This document shows positions 50,290 to 58,901 of a stretch of 64,000 nucleotides of DNA, in pieces. The notes beneath the pieces were generated by a model. That model did not search any database, was not told the DNA's origin, and worked only from the letters and a program-made list of their open reading frames with translations. Both the position numbers and the translations under genes were made by a program. The number at the start of each line of letters is the position of its first letter. Position 1 is the first letter of the stretch. This stretch comes from Clostridia bacterium (GTDB lineage Bacteria; Bacillota; Clostridia; Christensenellales; Aristaeellaceae): positions 88,422-152,421 of the forward strand of contig JAFTPN010000017.1 in the NCBI GenBank assembly GCA_017463245.1, written 5' to 3'.

Positions 50290-50299
50290 CGAACGTTCG
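50290..50299. promoter_or_regulatory. possible PurBox-like palindrome upstream of purR
   Basis: CGAACGTTCG palindrome. The minus strand reads AAACCCGAACGTT, an 11/13 match to my recollection of the B. subtilis PurBox AWWWCCGAACWWT. It lies ~45-60 nt upstream of a TGcTATAAT element. Confidence 0.25.
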
Positions 50300-50408
50300 G
50301 GTTTGTTTTCGGCAAAAAAGTCCACTCGCCCGGCAAGAGTAATGGCAAGGATGAAGTCCTCCTTCACTTTACACCATGGAAATACCGAAACAGCAAGCCC
50401 GCCAGTGC

Positions 50409-50438
50409 TTGCCATTTCTTGTACTGCTGTGATAGAAT
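50409..50438 (+). promoter_or_regulatory. candidate promoter of the low-GC GNAT gene
   Basis: TTGCCA (50409-50414), 18-nt spacer, TGaTAGAAT (TAGAAT at 50433-50438). Confidence 0.5.
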
Positions 50439-50470
50439 GAAAACGATAGGCTTGAATTTGGCGGTGTGTT

Positions 50471-51232
50471 ATGAATTTTGAAAAAATGTATTTGGAAGAG
50501 GATTTATTTCCGAGAGAGATAGCTTCTTACGAAAAGCGAGATTATGGCCTTTTGTTTTATAACGAAGAAAACAAAGACTCCTTCGACTCTAACCATGCAA
50601 TCATATTCAAAGAAAAGATATATGATATAAAAATGGTTCTCAGGGACATCCTCAACTTTTATTTTGAAAAGGGAATCAGGCCAAACATATATCAATCTAT
50701 TCGTGATGAGGGATATTTTGATGAAATAGCAAGCGAACTCTCTGCTTGTGGCTTTGAATACTGGACTGAAGCGCAAAAATACATGGCTTTATCCGAGAAG
50801 AATACAATTGTACCCAACCCTGAAATCATTGTTCAAAAGACATCAAAATGGAACGATGAATACGGAACCGAGATATTTGAAAAAGCAGGTGAACCTTGGG
50901 AAATAGATGTAGCAAAAAGAGCGCTATTGAACAGCAACACATTATTCTTCGTTGCCTATTATAACGGGAATCCTGTAGGCATGACGCATTGCCACATCAC
51001 AGATGATGTTTGCAGAGTTGACTATTTGCTTGTTTCAAAGGCGCATCGGAATATTGGTGTAGGGCGAGCATTGATCAACAGCTTTGTGACGTATTGCCAC
51101 GAAAACCATATCGTGAATTGCTATTTGTGGCCTGACGGAGAAACAGCTGAGAGAATATATTATGAAGCTGGTTTCCGCTATGTGGAAACAAAGCTGGCCG
51201 GAAGAGCGACGTACAAGAGAGCTAATCCATGA
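50471..51232 (+). CDS. GNAT-family N-acetyltransferase (low-GC, probably acquired)
   Basis: 253 aa. The C-terminal half ..FFVAYYNGNPVGMTHCHITDDVCRVDYLLVSKAHRNIGVGRALINSF... contains the R/Q-x-x-G-x-G/A acetyl-CoA motif (HRNIGVGRAL). Line 50521-50580 has 21/60 G+C. Confidence 0.75.
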   Translation: MNFEKMYLEEDLFPREIASYEKRDYGLLFYNEENKDSFDSNHAIIFKEKIYDIKMVLRDILNFYFEKGIRPNIYQSIRDEGYFDEIASELSACGFEYWTEAQKYMALSEKNTIVPNPEIIVQKTSKWNDEYGTEIFEKAGEPWEIDVAKRALLNSNTLFFVAYYNGNPVGMTHCHITDDVCRVDYLLVSKAHRNIGVGRALINSFVTYCHENHIVNCYLWPDGETAERIYYEAGFRYVETKLAGRATYKRANP

Positions 51233-51369
51233 CTGGACGATTAGAACAAACTTGAATTTATCGGGCCACATAAACAAGTGAGCATCCGGCATTTTCGCTG
51301 GATGCTCACTTGGTCGTTGCAGGACAATAGTTCCTTCAGAACCCTCCCACCTGGGGCGAGGGGGAAGAT

Positions 51370-52119
51370 TCAGTCGCTCAGCCCATCCTGCAGCTCCTGC
51401 AAAATGCGCTGGCGCAGGGTTTCGCATTCATCAGGCCAGCGGCGGGCGCAATGCTGTGCCAGCGCCTCGTCGGCCATGGGGAGAAGTAGGGTCAGGGTAG
51501 GGCGGTCGGCGTCGTCCACCAGGGAGAGCAGCCACTCCTGCTGGCTGGTCTGCTCCAGGGCGGCGGTGGGGGGCAGGGGCGCTTCGCTGGGGGCGAAGTC
51601 CCGGCTCAGGGTCAGGGTCACGGCGTTGTACACCGCCTGCGCCGCGCTGCGCCAGCGCCGCTCCAGAAAGGTGGGCGGGGTGTCCTTGGGCAGGGTGATG
51701 AGAATGTCCAGCAGGGAGGTGCTGCCCTCCAGCAGCCGCAGCCGCAGGCAGAGCCGCCCATCTCGCAGGGTGAAGGAATCTGCCGGGGTCAGCTGCTCGG
51801 TGCGGAATTGCTCGCGCCAGCGGGGCGCCTGGGCGTCCATCAGCTGGCGGCGGCTCACCGGGATGCGGTGGGCAAAGGCCTCGATGGCATACTCCCCCTC
51901 GGGGGTCAGGGTCAGCAGATCGCCCAGGGGATGCGCCTGGGTGGCCAGCTGGCCTTGCTCCTGCATATCGCTGAGGCTCAGCTGCATGGTGAAGTAGTTC
52001 ATCAGGTCGTTTTCCACCAGGAATTGCAGCAGCTGCATGGCCGTGGCGGGCTGCAAACGGCGCAGGGCATAGAGGATGGTGAGCCTGTTTTCGGATTCGG
52101 GAATGTGCTTGCGCTCCAT
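51370..52119 (-). CDS. DUF4364-like protein (winged-helix N-terminus)
   Basis: ENRLTILYALRRLQPATAMQLLQFLVENDLMNYFTMQLSLSDMQEQGQL resembles the N-terminal pattern I recall for DUF4364 (putative PadR-like regulators of Clostridia). Confidence 0.55.
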   Translation of the reverse strand: MERKHIPESENRLTILYALRRLQPATAMQLLQFLVENDLMNYFTMQLSLSDMQEQGQLATQAHPLGDLLTLTPEGEYAIEAFAHRIPVSRRQLMDAQAPRWREQFRTEQLTPADSFTLRDGRLCLRLRLLEGSTSLLDILITLPKDTPPTFLERRWRSAAQAVYNAVTLTLSRDFAPSEAPLPPTAALEQTSQQEWLLSLVDDADRPTLTLLLPMADEALAQHCARRWPDECETLRQRILQELQDGLSD

Positions 52120-52129
52120 AAGGCCTCCT

Positions 52130-52166
52130 CAAAGAGAAAGCCTCCCAGACTTGCGCATGGGAGGCT
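52130..52166 (-). terminator. rho-independent terminator after the HPr-like gene
   Basis: Minus strand: AGCCTCCCA-TGCGCAAGTC-TGGGAGGCT followed by TTCTCTTTG. Confidence 0.55.
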
Positions 52167-52194
52167 GTGCTTGCTTGTGAAAGGGGATGAGCGA

Positions 52195-52428
52195 TCAGGC
52201 CAGGAAAGGCTTGATGTCGTTCATCAGGTCATCGCAGTCGTCGGTGTAAACCTCCAGGGTGATGGGCTTGGACAGATCCAGGGAGAAAATGCCCAGGATG
52301 GACTTGGCGTCCACCACGTGACGGCCGGCACGCAGATCCATGTCGTAGGGATAGCGGTTGACGGTGTTCACGAAGGTCTTTACATTCTCGGCGAGGCTCA
52401 GCTTAATGTTGATGGATTTCATATTCAT
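52195..52428 (-). CDS. HPr-like small protein lacking the His-15 phosphorylation motif
   Basis: 77 aa. ..HVVDAKSILGIFSLDLSKPITLEVYTDD.. resembles the HPr Ser-46 region (KS[IV]xxxxxLG). No GLHARPA-type active-site His segment is seen at the N-terminus. Confidence 0.6.
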   Translation of the reverse strand: MNMKSINIKLSLAENVKTFVNTVNRYPYDMDLRAGRHVVDAKSILGIFSLDLSKPITLEVYTDDCDDLMNDIKPFLA

Positions 52429-52457
52429 CTTACCTCCATTATCTCTCTACAGATAAC

Positions 52458-52486
52458 ATTATACTGGAAACCATGGAAAAAAGCAA
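52458..52486 (-). promoter_or_regulatory. candidate promoter of the HPr-like gene
   Basis: Minus strand: TTGCTT (52486-52481), 17-nt spacer, TATAAT (52463-52458). Confidence 0.55.
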
Positions 52487-52599
52487 GGGCTGCGGCCAAG
52501 AAAATTTGCAAAAAGTCCAGAAAAATCAAGGCTTTGCGGGGAGCGGCTGCATCTGGAAGGATAAGGGGTGAAGGCGACAGGGGACACATCGTTTCGGGG

Positions 52600-52629
52600 T
52601 TGAAAAGCAAGCGCCCGCCGTGGTATACT
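52600..52629 (+). promoter_or_regulatory. candidate promoter of recD2-comF
   Basis: TTGAAA (52600-52605), 18-nt spacer, TGgTATACT (TATACT at 52624-52629). Confidence 0.55.
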
Positions 52630-52663
52630 TATCTGTATGCTCAGAAAAGAAGGAGGCGCAGGC

Positions 52664-54901
52664 ATGGAGCAGGTGGAAGCCAGCGTGCTGGGTACCATTT
52701 ACCGCAACGAGGAAAACGGCTACTCCGTGCTGATGGCGCGGATGGGTCGCAGCGAGATCACCATTGTGGGCGTGCTGCCGGAGCTGACCGCCGGGGAGCA
52801 GGCCATTTTCTCCGGGGAATGGGTGGAGCATCCCCAATATGGCCGCCAGCTGAAATGCACCGGCTGCCAGCTGCAAAAGCCCACCACCCTCCTGGGCATC
52901 GAGCGCTACCTGGGCTCCGGGCTGATCCACGGCGTGGGTCCCAGCACGGCCAAGCTCATTGTGCGCCAGTTTGGCGAGGAGACCCTCACCGTGCTCTCCG
53001 AGCATCCTGAGCGCTTGCAGGAAGTCCCCAAGATGGGCAAGAAGCGGTGGATCCAGATCGCCGAAAGCTTCCGCGAGCAGCAGAGCGCCCGGGAGGCCAT
53101 GATCTTCCTGCAATCCTACGGCATTCCGGCCAACCTGTCCGTGAAGATCAGCCGCCTCTACGGCGAGCGCACCCCGGCGGTGATCCGCGCCAACCCCTAT
53201 CGCCTCTGCGAAGACCTGGAGGGCGTGGGCTTCCTGACGGCGGATCGCATCGGCACCGCCCTGGGCATTGCCCCGGACAGCGAACACCGCATCCAGAGCG
53301 CCATCAAATACATATTGAAGGAAGTCTCCGTCAGCATGGGGCATGTGTACCTGCCCCGGCGGGAGCTGATTCAGCGGGCGGCGGGGCTGCTCCATGTGGA
53401 GGATGCCATGTGCCAGCGGCAGATCCAGCAATTGCAGCTGAACCGGGACATCGTCATCCAGGGCGGCGACGGCGAGGAGGAGCGGGTGTACCTGCCCCTG
53501 TTCGATGCTGCCGAGCGTGAAGTTGCTCAGCGCCTGTGCGAGCTGATGGCCTCCCTGGCACCCACCAAGAGCGGCAGAAGCGTGCTCAGGGACATCGACC
53601 GCTTTGAAAAGACCCGCAGCATCCGCTTTTCCCAGCGCCAGCGGGAGGCCATCGTCAGCGCCCTGGAGCAGGGCGTGCTGGTGATCACCGGCGGCCCCGG
53701 CACGGGTAAAACGACCATCATCAACTGCATCATCAGCCTGCTTTCCAGCGAGGGCGAGGTGGTGCTGTGCGCCCCCACCGGCCGCGCTGCCAAGCGCATG
53801 ACCGAAGCCACCGGCTTTGAGAGCAAGACCATCCACCGCTTGCTGGAATACGGCGGCGACGATACCTCCTTTGCCCGCAACCAGGAGAACCCCATTGAGG
53901 GGGACTGCATCATCGTGGACGAGACCTCCATGGTGGACTTGATGCTGATGCGGAACCTCCTGCGCGCCATTGAACCCGGTACGCGGCTCTTGCTGGTGGG
54001 CGACGCCGATCAGCTGCCCAGCGTGGGCGCGGGCAATGTGCTGGGGGACATCCTGCAAAGCGGCGTGGTGCCCCATGTTCGCCTGACGGACATCTTCCGC
54101 CAGGGCGAGACCAGCCGCATCGTGGTGAACGCCCACCGCATCAACCAGGGCGAAATGCCCCTTTTGAATGAGAAGGGCACGGACTTCTTTTTTGAGCGCA
54201 AGGAAGGCTTTCAGCTTGCCGCCCAGACCATTGTTCAGCTGGTGACCACCCGCCTGCCTAAGTTCCTGGGCTATGGCGAAAAGGAGCGCCTGGCGCAGGC
54301 GGTGAAGAACATTCAGGTGCTGGCTCCCGCTAAGAAAGGCGAGTGCGGCGTGGGTGCGCTGAACAATATGCTGCAAGCCGCGCTGAACCCGCCTGCTCCC
54401 CACAAGCCCAGCCTGCACTATGGCGAGACCATCTTCCGCCTGGGCGACAAGGTGATGCAGACCAAGAACGATTACCAGATCGAATGGCGCAGGGAGACTG
54501 CCTCCGGCTGGGAGGACGGCACCGGCGTGTTCAATGGCGACGTGGGCTTCATTACCGAAGTGGACGAGGAGGAACACAGCCTCACCGTGCTCTTTGACGA
54601 GGAGCGCGAGGTGGTGTACCAGTCCGCGCAGCTGGAAAACCTTGATCTGGCCTACTGCCTCTCCGTGCACAAAAGCCAGGGCAGCGAGTTCCCCGTGGTG
54701 GTGATGCCCGTGGCAGGCGGCCCGCCCATGCTGCTGACCCGCAACCTCTTCTACACCGCCCTCACCCGCGCCCGCTCGCTGGTGGTGCTGGTGGGCAGGG
54801 AGGACGTGGTACGCCAGATGGTGGAGAACGACCACATCCTCAAGCGCTACACCACGCTGACGGAGCGGCTTGCCGCCATGTCGGCGCTGCTGCCCCGATG
54901 A
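52664..54901 (+). CDS. recD2: RecD2-type SF1B ATP-dependent DNA helicase
   Basis: ATG 52664 lies 7 nt after GGAGG. N-terminal OB/HhH region (..GYSVLMARMG..; LIHGVGPSTAKLIVRQFG), Walker A VITGGPGTGKTT, Walker B CIIVDETSMVD, and C-terminal ..AYCLSVHKSQGSEFPVVV... Confidence 0.9.
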   Translation: MEQVEASVLGTIYRNEENGYSVLMARMGRSEITIVGVLPELTAGEQAIFSGEWVEHPQYGRQLKCTGCQLQKPTTLLGIERYLGSGLIHGVGPSTAKLIVRQFGEETLTVLSEHPERLQEVPKMGKKRWIQIAESFREQQSAREAMIFLQSYGIPANLSVKISRLYGERTPAVIRANPYRLCEDLEGVGFLTADRIGTALGIAPDSEHRIQSAIKYILKEVSVSMGHVYLPRRELIQRAAGLLHVEDAMCQRQIQQLQLNRDIVIQGGDGEEERVYLPLFDAAEREVAQRLCELMASLAPTKSGRSVLRDIDRFEKTRSIRFSQRQREAIVSALEQGVLVITGGPGTGKTTIINCIISLLSSEGEVVLCAPTGRAAKRMTEATGFESKTIHRLLEYGGDDTSFARNQENPIEGDCIIVDETSMVDLMLMRNLLRAIEPGTRLLLVGDADQLPSVGAGNVLGDILQSGVVPHVRLTDIFRQGETSRIVVNAHRINQGEMPLLNEKGTDFFFERKEGFQLAAQTIVQLVTTRLPKFLGYGEKERLAQAVKNIQVLAPAKKGECGVGALNNMLQAALNPPAPHKPSLHYGETIFRLGDKVMQTKNDYQIEWRRETASGWEDGTGVFNGDVGFITEVDEEEHSLTVLFDEEREVVYQSAQLENLDLAYCLSVHKSQGSEFPVVVMPVAGGPPMLLTRNLFYTALTRARSLVVLVGREDVVRQMVENDHILKRYTTLTERLAAMSALLPR

Positions 54902-55506
54902 AGCTGCTCCGTGCGCTTTACCCGGAGCGGGTGATCTGCGTGGCCTGCGGGCGGCCATCGGACGGGGAGTTCCTCTGCTCCAAGTGCGAAGAAGAGCTGG
55001 CGAAGCTGCGCCTGGATACCCCGGGCCAGCACGCTGCCTATGTTTATGATGGCGTGGCCAAGGAGCTGGTGCATCGCCTGAAATACGATTGCGTCACCGC
55101 CTCGGCCACCGTGCTGGCGCGGGAGATGTCCCGCTGCGCGGTGCAGCTGCACCTCTCGCCGGACACGGTGGTGACATGGGTCACCATGCCAAAGCTGCGA
55201 AGGAAAATGCGCGGCATCGACCATGGCAAGGTGCTGGCGCAGGCGGTGGGTCTGCGGCTGGGCTTGCCGGTGAGGCAGCTGCTCATCCGCAGCGGGAAGC
55301 ATCCCCTGCGCACCCAGCGGGGCTCCAGCAAGGCCAAGCGCCTGCGGAACCTGGTGGGGATGTTCTCACCCGTTGAAGCATTGCCGAAATACATTTTGCT
55401 GGTGGACGATGTGACCACCACCGGCGCTACCATGGAGACCTGCTGTACCTGCCTGCGTCAGGCTGGCGCACAGGTGACACATCTTGCGGCCACCAAGGTC
55501 GTGTGA
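54898..55506 (+). CDS. comFC: ComF-family protein (phosphoribosyltransferase domain)
   Basis: The start overlaps the recD2 stop (ATGA). N-terminal double CxxC (CVACGRP...CSKCEEE) and PRT motif ILLVDDVTTTGAT. Confidence 0.85.
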   Translation: MKLLRALYPERVICVACGRPSDGEFLCSKCEEELAKLRLDTPGQHAAYVYDGVAKELVHRLKYDCVTASATVLAREMSRCAVQLHLSPDTVVTWVTMPKLRRKMRGIDHGKVLAQAVGLRLGLPVRQLLIRSGKHPLRTQRGSSKAKRLRNLVGMFSPVEALPKYILLVDDVTTTGATMETCCTCLRQAGAQVTHLAATKVV

Positions 55507-55525
55507 TCGTTGGAGGGATCGACCC

Positions 55526-56770
55526 ATGAAAAGCCTGAAGCTGCTGCCGCTTTTGCTGGTGCTGCTCTGCCTGTGCGCCTGCGCCGGGGCAGAGGAAATC
55601 TGGACAGCCACAGACCTCACCCCCGCCACCGAGGATATGCCCCTGGCGGAGGACATCACCCAGCAGGTGCTGATCAACGGCTCTCTGGACAAGGGTCACC
55701 TGAACAGGATGCGGGACGGCAACTACCGCTCCATTTGGGAAAGCCCCACCCACTACAAGGTGCCGGAACTGATGATCACCCCGCCGGAGGGCAAGGCAGC
55801 GGGCGGATTGATGATCAAGTGGCGCTCCATTGAGACGCTGAAAACGGAAATTCAGGTGCGTAACGCCGCTGGCGAATGGGAGACCGTGGCCTATGGCGGC
55901 GACGACTTCCTGGCGCAGTACATCCCCCTGCCCAATATCACCGAGGAATTCCGCATCATCCCCGGCGAAGAGGGACGGCGGCTGCAGATCAGCGAGATCA
56001 TCGTGATGGCTCCCGGCCGCCTGCCCCATGATTTCCAATTGTGGCAGCATGCCCCGGAAAAGGTGGACTTGATGCAGATCGTGGGTCACCCGGACGATGA
56101 GCTTTTGTGGTTCGGCGGCCTGCTGCCCACCTATGCGGGAGAATTGGACAAGGAAGTGCTGGTGGTCTGCTCCTCCTATCGCAATTTCCACCGCCGGCTG
56201 GAGATGCTGGACGGCCTGTGGACGGCGGGGGTGACCAACTATCCCCTGTTCCCGCGCCTTCCTGACCTGCTGACCAACAACATGGAAGAGGTGCTGGACT
56301 TCTGGGGTCGCAACACCGCGTACAAGACCATTGCGGAGCTCCTGCGGAAGTACAAGCCCGATGTGCTGGTGCTGCAGGACGAAAAGGGCGAGTACGGCCA
56401 CGGCGTCCACCGCGCTATCACCTATGTAAGCAAGAAGGCCGTGCCCCTGGCAGCGGACGCCGCCTATGATCCGGAAAGCGCCCTGCGCTACGGCCTGTGG
56501 GATGTGCCGAAGGTGTACATCCACTTGTATAAGGAAAACCAGATCCAGATGGACTGGAAAAAGCCGCTTTCTGCCTTTGACGGCAAGACCGGCCTGGAGG
56601 TGGCCACGGAGGCCTTCCGCAAGCATGTGACCCAGCAGGGACACTGGGATGTGTGGGACGGCGGCAAGTGGGACAACAGCCTCTTCGGCCTGTGGCACAC
56701 CACCGTGGGTGTGGATGAAGTGGGCGGCGATATGTTTGAGCATATCGACAAGCTGTATGCGGAAGACTAA
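55526..56770 (+). CDS. PIG-L/LmbE-family deacetylase lipoprotein with N-terminal extra domain
   Basis: Trimmed to ATG 55526 (MKSLKLLPLLLVLLCLCACAG, lipobox-like). The metal-binding motif VGHPDDELLWFGG is typical of PIG-L deacetylases. Confidence 0.75.
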   Translation: MKSLKLLPLLLVLLCLCACAGAEEIWTATDLTPATEDMPLAEDITQQVLINGSLDKGHLNRMRDGNYRSIWESPTHYKVPELMITPPEGKAAGGLMIKWRSIETLKTEIQVRNAAGEWETVAYGGDDFLAQYIPLPNITEEFRIIPGEEGRRLQISEIIVMAPGRLPHDFQLWQHAPEKVDLMQIVGHPDDELLWFGGLLPTYAGELDKEVLVVCSSYRNFHRRLEMLDGLWTAGVTNYPLFPRLPDLLTNNMEEVLDFWGRNTAYKTIAELLRKYKPDVLVLQDEKGEYGHGVHRAITYVSKKAVPLAADAAYDPESALRYGLWDVPKVYIHLYKENQIQMDWKKPLSAFDGKTGLEVATEAFRKHVTQQGHWDVWDGGKWDNSLFGLWHTTVGVDEVGGDMFEHIDKLYAED

Positions 56771-56790
56771 GCCCAAAGGAGGCTGCAACG

Positions 56791-57306
56791 ATGATCGATG
56801 GAACGCTGGTGCGGCTGCGCGCCTTTGAGCGCAGCGACGTGGACGCCAACCACGCTTTTGTCAACGACATGGAGACCCTGCGGGGCATGATCAGCGGCAT
56901 CCCGTTTCCTGCCTCCATGGAGGACGAGTACCGCTGGCTGGAGCAGCAGTCGAGCTACAGCCGGGGCGAGTATCAGTTTGCGGTGGAGGACTTCCAGGGC
57001 GACCTGGTGGGGCGCTGCGGCGTGATCCGCCTGGACTGGAAGAACCGGGTGGGGGAGCTGGCCATTATGATCGGCACGCCCTACCGTGGCCGGGGCTATG
57101 GCAAGGAGGCCATGCAGCTTCTGTGCGACTTCTGCTTTAAGGAAATGAACCTGCATAAGCTGAAGGTGAGCGTGTTCGCCTTCAACACGGCGGCCATCCG
57201 CTGCTACGAGCGTAACGGCTTTGTGCAGGAGGGCATCCTGAAGCAGGAGATCTTCCGGGAGGGCGCCTATCAGGACGTGGTGGTGCTGGCCCGGCTGCAG
57301 GACTGA
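56791..57306 (+). CDS. GNAT-family N-acetyltransferase (RimJ/RimL-like)
   Basis: 171 aa. ..LAIMIGTPYRGRGYGKEAMQLLCDFCFKEMNLHKL.V.VFAFNTAAIRCYERNGF.. has the acetyl-CoA binding pattern. Confidence 0.85.
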   Translation: MIDGTLVRLRAFERSDVDANHAFVNDMETLRGMISGIPFPASMEDEYRWLEQQSSYSRGEYQFAVEDFQGDLVGRCGVIRLDWKNRVGELAIMIGTPYRGRGYGKEAMQLLCDFCFKEMNLHKLKVSVFAFNTAAIRCYERNGFVQEGILKQEIFREGAYQDVVVLARLQD

Positions 57307-57334
57307 TTATTTGTTGTTTTTTTCACACTCGCCG

Positions 57335-57363
57335 TTGACAGAACGGGAAAGCGGCGGTATGAT
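57335..57363 (+). promoter_or_regulatory. near-consensus promoter of the aspartate kinase gene
   Basis: TTGACA (57335-57340), 17-nt spacer, TATGAT (57358-57363). Confidence 0.65.
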
Positions 57364-57402
57364 GGACTTTGTTATTGGTTTGATGGATGGAGGAAACGCA
57401 AG

Positions 57403-58719
57403 TTGAAGAAGATCGTAACGAAGTTCGGCGGCAGTTCCCTGGCAGACGCGACGCAGTTTGCCAAGGTGAAGGGCATTCTGGAACTGGAAGCAGCCCGGCA
57501 GTATGTGGTGCCCTCTGCCCCCGGCAAGCGCTATAAAGAAGACGACAAGGTCACCGACCTGCTCTACCGCTGCTACAAGCAGGCGGCCGCAGGCGAGGAC
57601 TATCAGCCCACCTTTGCCCGGATCGTGGATCGGTATATGTCCATCGCCCGTGAGCTTGGCCTGAAGGTGGATATCATGGCCGCCCTGAACGAGGTCAACG
57701 AGAACATCGGCAAGGGCGCCAGCGCCGACTATGTGGCCAGCCGCGGCGAATACCTCAACGGTATGCTGCTGGCGGACTACCTGGGCTGGCGTTTCCTGGA
57801 CAGCGCCACCGCTGTGTTCTTTGACGAAAACGGCAACCTGGACAGCGAAAAGACCCAGCAGGTCATGTCCGGCCTTCTGGCCGATGGCGAACCCACCGTG
57901 GTGCCCGGCTTCTACGGCTGCGGCGCTGATGGCCAGGTCAAGACCTTCTCCCGCGGCGGCAGCGACATCACCGGCGCCATTGTGGCTCGTGCGGTGAATG
58001 CCGATATGTACGAAAACTGGACGGACGTGTCCGGCTTCCTGATGGCGGATCCCCGCATTGTGGAAAATCCCCGGGATATTTCCTCCATCACCTACAAGGA
58101 GCTGCGCGAACTGAGCTACATGGGCGCTTCCGTGTTCCACGAGGACGCCATGTTCCCCGTGCACAAGGCGGGCATCCCCACCAATATCCGCAACACCAAC
58201 AAGCCCTATCACCCCGGCACCATCATCAGCCTGAATGCCCCGGTGGAGACCGCCGTGCCCACCATCACCGGCATCTTCGGCCACAAGGGCTACAGCGTTA
58301 TCTCCGTGGAAAAGGCCATGATGAACGCCGAGCTGGGCTTTGGCCGCAGGGTGCTGCAGGTGCTGGAAGAGGAGGGCATCTCCTTCGAGCATCTGCCCAC
58401 GGGTATCGACACCATGTGCGTGGTGGTGCATGGCGAAGCCCTCGCCCCCAAGCGCGAGACCGTGCTGAGCCGCATTGTGGACAGCGTGGAGCCGGACACC
58501 ATCACCGTGCATGACAATATGTCCATCATCGCCACCGTTGGCCGAGGCATGGTGCACAACTGCGGTACCGCTGCCCGCCTGTTCTCCGCCATGAGCCGCG
58601 CCCGCATCAACGTCCGCATGATCGACCAGGGCTCCAGCGAGCTTTCCATCATCGTGGGTGTGGACGATACGGATTTTGAAGCGACCATCAAGGCGATTTA
58701 TAACGAGTTTGTGGGTTGA
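57403..58719 (+). CDS. aspartate kinase
   Basis: TTG 57403 lies 8 nt after GGAGGA. The N-terminus KKIVTKFGGSSLADA (KFGG(T/S)S motif), an amino-acid kinase fold, and C-terminal ACT repeats (..MSIIATVGRGM..; ..RMIDQGSSELSIIVGV..). Confidence 0.88.
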   Translation: MKKIVTKFGGSSLADATQFAKVKGILELEAARQYVVPSAPGKRYKEDDKVTDLLYRCYKQAAAGEDYQPTFARIVDRYMSIARELGLKVDIMAALNEVNENIGKGASADYVASRGEYLNGMLLADYLGWRFLDSATAVFFDENGNLDSEKTQQVMSGLLADGEPTVVPGFYGCGADGQVKTFSRGGSDITGAIVARAVNADMYENWTDVSGFLMADPRIVENPRDISSITYKELRELSYMGASVFHEDAMFPVHKAGIPTNIRNTNKPYHPGTIISLNAPVETAVPTITGIFGHKGYSVISVEKAMMNAELGFGRRVLQVLEEEGISFEHLPTGIDTMCVVVHGEALAPKRETVLSRIVDSVEPDTITVHDNMSIIATVGRGMVHNCGTAARLFSAMSRARINVRMIDQGSSELSIIVGVDDTDFEATIKAIYNEFVG

Positions 58720-58723
58720 GGTT

Positions 58724-58763
58724 GCGAGAGGGCGGCTTTTTCTGAGAAAAAGCCCCCTCTCGC
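58724..58763 (+). terminator. long hairpin after the aspartate kinase gene (no clear U-tail)
   Basis: GCGAGAGGGCGGCTTTTT-CTGA-GAAAAAGCCCCCTCTCGC. Confidence 0.4.
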
Positions 58764-58901
58764 GCTCTCCCCGAAAAAGCGGCGACTTTCGCATAATGGG
58801 CTTCTGACATGAAGTGGTGCGTTAGCGAAACGGAATATTGCTGGATTTTCAAGGGAGTGTTGGAAAACGCTTCCTTGTTTTTGCGAAAGAAGGAACTTTT
58901 C

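Noticed and set aside
57364-57402. A lysine riboswitch (L-box) upstream of aspartate kinase.
   Set aside because: The distance between the near-consensus promoter and the start codon is about 35-40 nt, far too short for an L-box aptamer.
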